From contig NZ_JBITLP010000001.1 of NCBI RefSeq assembly GCF_044465265.1, positions 1 through 32,000 of the forward strand: a stretch of 32,000 nt of DNA, given 5' to 3'. The notes beneath the pieces were generated by a model. The model saw nothing but the letters and a program-made list of their open reading frames with translations, did not search any database and had not been told where the DNA came from. Each line of letters opens with the position of its first letter. Position 1 is the first letter of the stretch. Shown here piece by piece: positions 8,632 to 15,044 of this stretch. A program made the translations under genes and the position numbers. Source of the stretch: Actinoplanes sp. NPDC049681 (GTDB taxonomy: Bacteria; Actinomycetota; Actinomycetes; Mycobacteriales; Micromonosporaceae).

Positions 8632-8660
8632 TCGACGCAACACGCAGCCTACGGTAATCT
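8632..8660 (+). promoter_or_regulatory. Candidate crtE promoter giving a leaderless transcript
   Basis: TCGACG (8632-8637), a 17-nt spacer and TAATCT (8655-8660). The GTG at 8668 follows 7 nt later, so the transcript would start at or next to the start codon. This is motif reading only. Confidence 0.35.
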
Positions 8661-8667
8661 CCTCCTC

Positions 8668-9903
8668 GTGGCCAACGACATCCTCGTGGGAACCCGCCGC
8701 TGCGGGGTCCCCTACCAGCCGATCCCCTCGGACGGCCTGGTCAACGCCGTCGAGGGGACGCTGGCCGAGTTCCTGGCCGGCCAGATTGCCGCCTTCGACG
8801 CCGTCGACCCGGCCCTCGGCCGCTTCGCCCGCATCACCCGCGACCTGGTGCTGGCCGGCGGCAAACGACTCAGGCCCACCTTCGCCTACTGGGGTTGGCG
8901 TGGCGTGATCGGAGGTCGTGAGCCGGTCGACTCCGTCCTGCCGGCCCTGGCGGCACTCGAGCTCATGCACACCTTCGCGCTGGTGCACGACGACGTGATG
9001 GACGGTTCCGCGACCCGCCGCGGCCGTCCCACCGCCCACCGTCTCTTCGCCGCCGAGCACGCCGGCGCCGGCCGGCTCGGGGACCCCGGCCAGTTCGGCG
9101 AGACGTCGGCGATCCTCGTCGGTGACCTCTGTCTCGTCTGGGCCGATCAACTGATCGCGCAGACGGCGGTTACCACGGCGACGCTCTTCGGAGTCCGCGC
9201 GTGCTACGACCGGATGCGGGTCGAGACCGTCGCGGGCCAGTATCTCGACGTGCTGGGCGAGACCCAGCCGCAGGAGTGGTCGCTCGACCGGGCGCTGGTG
9301 GTCGCCCGCCACAAGACGGCAAGCTACACGGTGCAGCGTCCGCTCCAGTTCGGGCTGGCCTTGGCCGGGCCGATGCGCGGCGCCGCACCCGCCATCAACG
9401 ACGCCTATCAGACCTACGGCCTCGCGATCGGCGAAGCCTTCCAGCTGTGCGACGACCTCCTCGGGGTCTACGGAGACCCGGAGATCACCGGCAAGCCGGC
9501 GAGCGACGACCTGCGCACCGGCAAGCCGACCGCCCTGCTGATGCTGGCCCATCGGCTCGCGACCCCCGCCCAGCGCGCCGAGCTGGCACAGACTCCCGCC
9601 GGAGCCGTCATCCCCGCCGACGGCTCCGGCGGGCTTTTCTCCTCGGCTCTTCCGTCACCCAACGGTGATGCCGGAGACGTCGCGACTCCACAGCGCGCGC
9701 CCCTGCGGCTTACGCCGTCGGAGGCACAGATTGCCCGGCAGGCGGAAATCATCGCGGAGACCGGGGCGGTGGCCGAGGTCGAGGCGATGATCCGGCAGCG
9801 CGTCGACACCGCAGTCGCCGCTCTGCGCGACGCACCCATCCACCCCGACGCGCGCGCCGCGCTCATAGACCTGGCGGTCACCGCCACCCACCGGCCAGCA
9901 TGA
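8668..9903 (+). CDS. crtE: Polyprenyl (geranylgeranyl) diphosphate synthase
   Basis: First Asp-rich motif LVHDDVMDGSATRRG and second FQLCDDLLGVYGD. It sits in a crt cluster. The start is GTG 8668 (alternative GTG 8686); the ORF extends to 8518, but that part overlaps crtB on the other strand. Confidence 0.85.
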   Translation: MANDILVGTRRCGVPYQPIPSDGLVNAVEGTLAEFLAGQIAAFDAVDPALGRFARITRDLVLAGGKRLRPTFAYWGWRGVIGGREPVDSVLPALAALELMHTFALVHDDVMDGSATRRGRPTAHRLFAAEHAGAGRLGDPGQFGETSAILVGDLCLVWADQLIAQTAVTTATLFGVRACYDRMRVETVAGQYLDVLGETQPQEWSLDRALVVARHKTASYTVQRPLQFGLALAGPMRGAAPAINDAYQTYGLAIGEAFQLCDDLLGVYGDPEITGKPASDDLRTGKPTALLMLAHRLATPAQRAELAQTPAGAVIPADGSGGLFSSALPSPNGDAGDVATPQRAPLRLTPSEAQIARQAEIIAETGAVAEVEAMIRQRVDTAVAALRDAPIHPDARAALIDLAVTATHRPA

Positions 9904-11471
9904 TGGGACGCCGATCCGAGGCGTTGCGGCCGCCCCCCCAACCGTTTGGAGCTGGTGACGTGCGGACAGTGACAGGACCGACCGACCATGTGGTGGTCGT
10001 CGGTGCCGGGCTGGGCGGCCTGGCCTGTGCGCTGCACCTCGCGGCGGCCGGGCGTCAGGTGACGGTCGTGGAGCGCGAGCCGGTGCCCGGCGGCCGGGCG
10101 GGACGCCTTTCCGTCGACGGATACGAGTTCGACACCGGTCCGACCGTGCTCACCATGCCGGAGCTCATCGCCGAGCCGCTCGCCGCCGTCGGTGAGAAGT
10201 TGTCCGACTGGCTGGAGCTCACGCCGCTCGACCCGGCCTACCGGGCGTACTACCCCGACGGCTCCACACTGGACGTGCTGACCGACACGGTCCGCATGGC
10301 GGGCGAGATCTCCCGGGTCTGCGGGCCTCGCGAGGCGGACGGCTACCTGCGGTTCGTGGACTTCGCCCGCGGACTGTGGCGGCTCGAGCGCGACCACTTC
10401 ATCGATCGCAATCTCGACAGCCCGATCGACCTGCTCAACCTCAACCTGGTGAAGCTGCTGGCGATGGGCGGGTTCCGCCGGCTCCAGCCGAAGATCAACG
10501 AATACTTCCGTGATCCCCGTACCCAAAGGATCTTCTCCTTCCAGGCCATGTATGCGGGCCTGGCGCCGCACGACGCTCTCGCCATCTACGCAGTGATCGC
10601 GTATCTCGACTCGGTCGCCGGGGTCTTCTTCCCTCGCGGCGGCATGCATGCCGTGCCGAAGGCGCTGGCCGGCGCCGCCGAGAAGCACGGCGTCCAGTTC
10701 CGTTACGAGACCACGGTCACCGGGGTCGAGACGCGCCACGGCCGCGCAACCGGCGTCATCACCGACACGGGTGAGCGCATCGCCGCCGACGTCGTCGTCC
10801 TGAACCCGGACCTTCCGGTCGCCTACCGCGATCTGCTGCCGCCGCGGCGACCCCGGAAGCTGCGGTATTCGCCCTCGTGCGTGGTGCTGCACATCGGCTC
10901 CGACCGCACATATTCCAAGATCGCGCACCACAACATCCACTTCGGTGCCGCGTGGCGGGGCACGTTCGACGAGGTCATCCGGCAAGGTCTGCTGATGAGC
11001 GACCCGTCACTGCTGGTGACCAACCCCAGCCGCAGCGACCCTGGGGTGGCGCCGGCCGGCCGGCAGACCTACTACGTGCTGGCGCCCACGCCGAACCTCG
11101 ACACCGCGCCGTTCGCCTGGCAGGGCGGGCTGGGCCGGCGGTACGCGGACGAACTGCTACGCGTGCTGGAGCAGCGCGGATACGTAGGATTCCGAGACGG
11201 CGTCGAGGTCGAACGGATCATCACGCCGGACGACTGGTCGGCGCAGGGCATGGCCGCCGGCACGCCGTTCGCGTCGTCGCACACGTTCGCGCAGACGGGA
11301 CCGTTCCGGCCGGGAAATCTGCATCCGTCGCTACCCAACGTGGTTTTCACCGGCTCGGGCACACAGCCCGGCGTCGGAGTCCCGATGGTGTTGATCTCGG
11401 GGAAGCTGGCGGCCGGCCGCATCACCGCGGCAACGGCCGAGGGAGAGCTGGTGGGCGTACGCCATGAATGA
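9900..11471 (+). CDS. crtI: Phytoene desaturase
   Basis: HVVVVGAGLGGLACALHLAAAG is the FAD dinucleotide fold, and the C-terminus FTGSGTQPGVGVPMVLISGKLAA is typical of CrtI. ATG 9900 overlaps the crtE stop (ATGA). An alternative start is GTG 9960. Confidence 0.9.
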   Translation: MMGRRSEALRPPPQPFGAGDVRTVTGPTDHVVVVGAGLGGLACALHLAAAGRQVTVVEREPVPGGRAGRLSVDGYEFDTGPTVLTMPELIAEPLAAVGEKLSDWLELTPLDPAYRAYYPDGSTLDVLTDTVRMAGEISRVCGPREADGYLRFVDFARGLWRLERDHFIDRNLDSPIDLLNLNLVKLLAMGGFRRLQPKINEYFRDPRTQRIFSFQAMYAGLAPHDALAIYAVIAYLDSVAGVFFPRGGMHAVPKALAGAAEKHGVQFRYETTVTGVETRHGRATGVITDTGERIAADVVVLNPDLPVAYRDLLPPRRPRKLRYSPSCVVLHIGSDRTYSKIAHHNIHFGAAWRGTFDEVIRQGLLMSDPSLLVTNPSRSDPGVAPAGRQTYYVLAPTPNLDTAPFAWQGGLGRRYADELLRVLEQRGYVGFRDGVEVERIITPDDWSAQGMAAGTPFASSHTFAQTGPFRPGNLHPSLPNVVFTGSGTQPGVGVPMVLISGKLAAGRITAATAEGELVGVRHE

Positions 11472-12066
11472 CGCAGAAAGGCAAGCCGACATGACGGGCT
11501 CCCGCGAAGCGCACCTCGTCGAGCTGGTCGACCCCGACGGGGCGGCCGTGGGCGAGGTCACGGTCGACGAGGCCCACCGCGCGCCGGGCCTGCTGCACCG
11601 CGCCTTCTCCGTGTTCCTGCAGGACTCGTCCGGCCGGGTGCTGCTGCAACAGCGCGCAGCCGTCAAGACCCGCTTCCCGCTGCGCTGGGCCAACACCTGC
11701 TGCGGTCACCCCGTGCCCGGCGAGCCCCTCGACGTTGCCGCCAAGCGCCGGCTGGTCGAGGAGATCGGCGTGGACGGCGTCGAACTGCACGAGGTGGGGG
11801 TGTATTCCTACTACGCGGAAGACCCCGCGACCGGGCGCGTGGAGTATGAGTACGACCACGTACTGGTGGGCCGCCTGGATGCTGACGCGGCCCTCCTCCC
11901 CGACCCGGACGAGGTGGCCGACGTGCGCTGGGTGTCGCTCGACGAGCTCCGGCTCGCCGTTTCGCAGGAGCCGCGGGCGTACGCGCCGTGGCTGTCCGGT
12001 GTCGCGGGTCGCCTCCACGAGCACCTCCACCCCGACGACACTACGGAGCGGTCAGGTGGCCGATGA
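11464..12066 (+). CDS. idi: Isopentenyl-diphosphate delta-isomerase, type 1 (Nudix)
   Basis: GLLHRAFSVFLQDSSGRVLLQQRAAVKTRFPLRWANTCCGHP contains the catalytic Cys region, followed by EYEYDHV. The start overlaps the crtI stop (ATGAATGA). Confidence 0.9.
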   Translation: MNDAERQADMTGSREAHLVELVDPDGAAVGEVTVDEAHRAPGLLHRAFSVFLQDSSGRVLLQQRAAVKTRFPLRWANTCCGHPVPGEPLDVAAKRRLVEEIGVDGVELHEVGVYSYYAEDPATGRVEYEYDHVLVGRLDADAALLPDPDEVADVRWVSLDELRLAVSQEPRAYAPWLSGVAGRLHEHLHPDDTTERSGGR

Positions 12067-13456
12067 GGCCCTGACGGCCGGGGCGGTGGCGCGCCGTCTG
12101 GGGGTGGCCGTCACCACTCTGCGTACGTGGCACCAGCGGTACGGGCTGGGGCCGAGCCACCACGTGCCCGGACAGCACCGGCGGTACACGCCGGAAGATA
12201 TGGAGCGGCTGCAGGTCATGCGCCGGCTGACGGCGCAGGGCGTGGCACCGGCCGAGGCGGCGGCGTGGGCGCGGCGCGTGCCTGTGCCGATCGACGTGCC
12301 GCGGCCTGCTGCCGGGACAGAGGCTGTGTCCGGCCAGTCGCCGGGGCTAGTCGAAGCGACCGGTGGACCGCAGTCGTCCTCGGCCGCCGGAGTGGGCTCC
12401 CCTGGCGGAACAAGCGCGACCGGCGAATCGAACCCAGCCAGTGAGTCGGGGTCGGCCGGCGGGCCGCGGCCGGCCGGTGAGCCAGGACCGACCGGTGGGC
12501 CGGGGTCGGCCGGTGGAACCGACGCACCTGGGGAATTCGTCTCCCCCGGATCCGGCTCACCCAGCGCCTCCTCATCGGTGACTGCCGCAGAGACCCCGCT
12601 CGAGAGCCCTCACCCGAACGAGTGGCACGCCGAACGCGAAGCGAGCCTGGATCCCGAGCCCGGTTCCGGCGGCGAGGCGGAATTCGGACGGCCGGCGAGC
12701 TCGGGACGCGGGATGACGATCGACACCGCGTGGCCGGAGGTCACCGGCCGCCTCCGGGTGACCATGCGGGACGGCGGCGGGCACACCATCCGTACCGGCA
12801 GGGCCGGACCCGCGGCCCGAGGCCTTGCCCGCGCCGCCATGCGTCTCGACGGGCCGGCCGTGCGCGACCTGCTCGAGATGACCGTGGTCAGTCGCGGCGT
12901 CATGGGTGCATGGGACGAAGTGATCATGCCGGTGCTGATCGGAATCGGTGAGCGGTACGAGGCCACCAGGCGCTTCATCGAGGTGGAGCACCTGATCTCG
13001 CGTTGCGTGACGGAGGTGCTGGGTTCGGTGCCCCGGCCGCCGAGCAGCCGCACCCCGCGGGTCCTGCTTGCCGCCGCCGACGAGGAGCAGCACACCCTGC
13101 CTCTCGAGGCTTTGGCCGCGGCGTTGGCCGAGAGCGGGGTGCCCAGCCGTCTGCTCGGCGCACGGGTGCCGCCGCAGGCTTTGAACGACGCGGTGGCGCG
13201 TACCGGGCCGATCGCGGTGGTGCTGTGGTCGCAGCTGCCCGACACCGGGGACCCGGTGCAGTGGGTGCGGTTGTTGTCCTCCGGGCATGCGCCGCTGCTT
13301 GCCGGGGCTGCCGGGCCGGGATGGCCTGCCGAGCGTCTGCCGGAGGGAGTCGTGCGGCTCGGCAGCCTGCGCGAGGCGGTCCATCTCCTGGCGATGGCGG
13401 TCAGCCCGGACACGCCCGACCCGGCACAAGCGGAAGAAGCGCATCGACGCACCTGA
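12056..13456 (+). CDS. litR: MerR-family, cobalamin-binding light-responsive regulator (LitR/CarH family) with a long low-complexity linker
   Basis: The N-terminus LTAGAVARRLGVAVTTLRTWHQRYGL is a MerR HTH. The C-terminus has WDEVIMPVL ... FIEVEHLISR (helical bundle with an EH motif) and LLAAADEEQHTLPLEALAAAL (B12-binding ExH with the putative lower-ligand His). GTG 12056 has a GGAG sequence 7 nt upstream and overlaps the idi stop by 11 nt. Confidence 0.8.
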   Translation: MADEALTAGAVARRLGVAVTTLRTWHQRYGLGPSHHVPGQHRRYTPEDMERLQVMRRLTAQGVAPAEAAAWARRVPVPIDVPRPAAGTEAVSGQSPGLVEATGGPQSSSAAGVGSPGGTSATGESNPASESGSAGGPRPAGEPGPTGGPGSAGGTDAPGEFVSPGSGSPSASSSVTAAETPLESPHPNEWHAEREASLDPEPGSGGEAEFGRPASSGRGMTIDTAWPEVTGRLRVTMRDGGGHTIRTGRAGPAARGLARAAMRLDGPAVRDLLEMTVVSRGVMGAWDEVIMPVLIGIGERYEATRRFIEVEHLISRCVTEVLGSVPRPPSSRTPRVLLAAADEEQHTLPLEALAAALAESGVPSRLLGARVPPQALNDAVARTGPIAVVLWSQLPDTGDPVQWVRLLSSGHAPLLAGAAGPGWPAERLPEGVVRLGSLREAVHLLAMAVSPDTPDPAQAEEAHRRT

Positions 13457-13621
13457 GCTCCGTAAGGGCGCAACCACGAAAGGCGAAGCGCCGAGCCGGG
13501 ACTGTCACGGCCCTAAGAAGGCGACGCAGGGAGTGGCGCTCGGCACACCGTCGCCCCGATCGCCTCAGCTCACCGTTGTTTTGGCTGGTCAGGACCAACG
13601 CCGCGAGGAGGGGATACCGGT

Positions 13622-13651
13622 TTGGATGACGGGCACGGCATCACGTATGCT
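13622..13651 (+). promoter_or_regulatory. Candidate promoter for the tRNA cluster
   Basis: TTGGAT (13622-13627), an 18-nt spacer and TATGCT (13646-13651), about 70 nt upstream of tRNA-Glu. Motif reading only. Confidence 0.3.
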
Positions 13652-13722
13652 TTCCAAGCCTCAAGCGGGGCCGGTTGGGGCCCACACCGCAGGAATTGCG
13701 AATGTGCAATGATGGCGGAGTT

Positions 13723-13795
13723 GCCCTCATCGTCTAGTGGCCTAGGACGCCGCCCTTTCAAGGCGGTAGCACGGGTTCGAATCCCGTTGGGGGTA
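13723..13795 (+). tRNA. tRNA-Glu (anticodon TTC)
   Basis: The cloverleaf can be folded by eye: acceptor GCCCTCA / TGGGGGT, T-arm ACGGG-TTCGAAT-CCCGT, anticodon loop CTTTCAA. No CCA is encoded. Confidence 0.95.
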
Positions 13796-13844
13796 CGGAC
13801 CGACCTCGGTCAGAGCACGTGGTAAGAATGAGCAACATCAGCAA

Positions 13845-13921
13845 GGTCCTGTGGAGCAGTTGGAGTGCTCGCCGCCCTGTCAAGGCGGAGGTCGCGGGTT
13901 CAAGTCCCGTCAGGACCGCCA
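13845..13921 (+). tRNA. tRNA-Asp (anticodon GTC), CCA encoded
   Basis: Acceptor GGTCCTG / CAGGACC, anticodon loop CTGTCAA, T-loop GGTTCAAGTCC, discriminator G, then CCA (13919-13921). Confidence 0.95.
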
Positions 13922-13952
13922 GTGCCCAGCCGCGCGGAGTTTCATGCGGCAC

Positions 13953-14029
13953 GGCCAGGTAGCTCAGTTGGTACGAGCGTCCGACTGAAAATCGGAAGGT
14001 CGGCGGTTCGACCCCGCCCCTGGCCACCA
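13953..14029 (+). tRNA. tRNA-Phe (anticodon GAA), CCA encoded
   Basis: Acceptor GGCCAGG / CCTGGCC, D-arm GCTCAGTTGGTACGAGC, anticodon loop CTGAAAA, T-loop GGTTCGACCCC, discriminator A, then CCA (14027-14029). Confidence 0.95.
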
Positions 14030-14037
14030 GCGAAGAT

Positions 14038-14071
14038 GAGCCCCGACCAGCGGAAACGCCAGTCGGGGCTC
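14038..14071 (+). terminator. Hairpin terminator after the tRNA cluster
   Basis: GAGCCCCGAC (14038-14047) pairs perfectly with GTCGGGGCTC (14062-14071) around a 14-nt loop, followed by TCGCTTATT. Confidence 0.55.
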
Positions 14072-14102
14072 TCGCTTATTCCCCGCTCAGAGCCATGCGA
14101 CC

Positions 14103-14590
14103 TCACGGATTGCTCACAGCGACTCTTCGAGCCGGTCGATGATGCGTCAGAGGCTTGGCCGCCTCCTCCGACCTGAGCGGCAGTCTGCGAGCGCATCAGG
14201 GGCGTGGACCCGGTCGGGTGACCTCCGGCGAGGAATACCCGAGGATCATCTGCACGATCTCCATCGGGACAACGCCGGCCAGCATGAGCGAGCGCGCGCC
14301 GCGCCGGGCGTCACGCGGCCGGCACGGCGGCAGGCCGCAGCGGCCACGTGCTGCTCGAACTGACTGTCACACGGCCTGGCCCGGAGCGGGATGCCGTCCG
14401 GACGGCAGAACACCAGGCCGTGATCCCGGTAGTCGATGCCGAAGAACTGACGTTCCACCTGTTGCGTGGCGCGGCACGGCGAGCGGCACCGCTCTCGTCC
14501 ACTTTGAAGTACTCCACTCCATCACGCCAGCCTGATCAGCCGTTCGGCAAAGTCACCAAAGACTCGGGCCTCGCTTGCCGTTCTGCAGCA
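14103..14590 (-). pseudogene. Tyrosine recombinase (phage/ICE integrase), C-terminal catalytic half only, frameshifted and with mutated catalytic residues
   Basis: Stitching three minus-strand frames gives DYRDHGLVFCRPDGIPLR..SQFEQHVAAA / LPPCRPRDARRGARSLMLAGVVPMEIVQMILGYSSPEVTR / RVHAP / LMRSQTAAQ / SEEAAKPLTHHRPARRVAVSNP-stop. This is collinear with the integrase box II region (LPPIRLHDLRH ... LGHSS ... TxxVYxHL), but the His, His and Tyr positions read R, Y and H. At least three frameshifts are present and there is no N-terminal half. It directly abuts the tRNA-Phe 3' end. Confidence 0.7.
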
Positions 14591-14808
14591 GCCCTAGGAA
14601 CTTTCACCGCGCCGGCAGCGGCACGCGAACCGGATCGTGTTGACCATCGGAGACGAGCATCAGCTCGTGGAGATCCGGGAGCTGGTCGACCATCAGGACC
14701 ATTAGGGGGAACGACCCGTCGGCCACCACCCTCTGATCGTCAGCCTCGGCGGGCACCGGGCCCTCATGGTCGGGCCGTGTCATGCCATCAATGGACCAGT
14801 ACTGGCTG

Positions 14809-14990
14809 ATGTGCCGGGCGTCGGATCTCGGGCGAGTTGAGCTGAGGGACAAGGCATGGCGGTGATCGAGCTGCTGCTGCCGGCGCCGGATCGCAGGTGC
14901 GACCGGTGGCGTCATCACCATCAGGTGATCAACCGGATCCTGTGGAAGGTCCGGACCGGCGCGCTGTGGCGGGAGCTTCCGAAAGCGACA
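14809..14990 (+). mobile_element. IS5-family transposase N-terminal stub (DUF4096-like), frameshifted and truncated
   Basis: MCRASDLGRVELRDKAW (frame 2) continues after a frameshift as AVIELLLPAPDRR.DRWRHHHQVINRILWKVRTGALWRELP. This matches the recalled LxDxxWxxIEPLLP...RWRDHRxVINxIxWKxRTGxPWRDLP N-terminus of IS5-group transposases. No DDE domain follows and no inverted repeats were identified. Confidence 0.6.
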
Positions 14991-15044
14991 CATGATCCAG
15001 TCACCGTGTGCACCATTTATGTCTATTTGACGTATTCTGCGACC

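Noticed and set aside
8398-10985. Minus-strand ORFs 8398..9552 and 9468..10985 opposite crtE and crtI
   Set aside because: The opposite strand has unambiguous polyprenyl synthase and phytoene desaturase motifs, so these are antisense artefacts.
11735-12055. 5' extension of the LitR ORF (the track gives 11735..13456, 573 aa)
   Set aside because: This part overlaps idi in another frame. GTG 12056 has a proper Shine-Dalgarno sequence and begins exactly at the MerR HTH.
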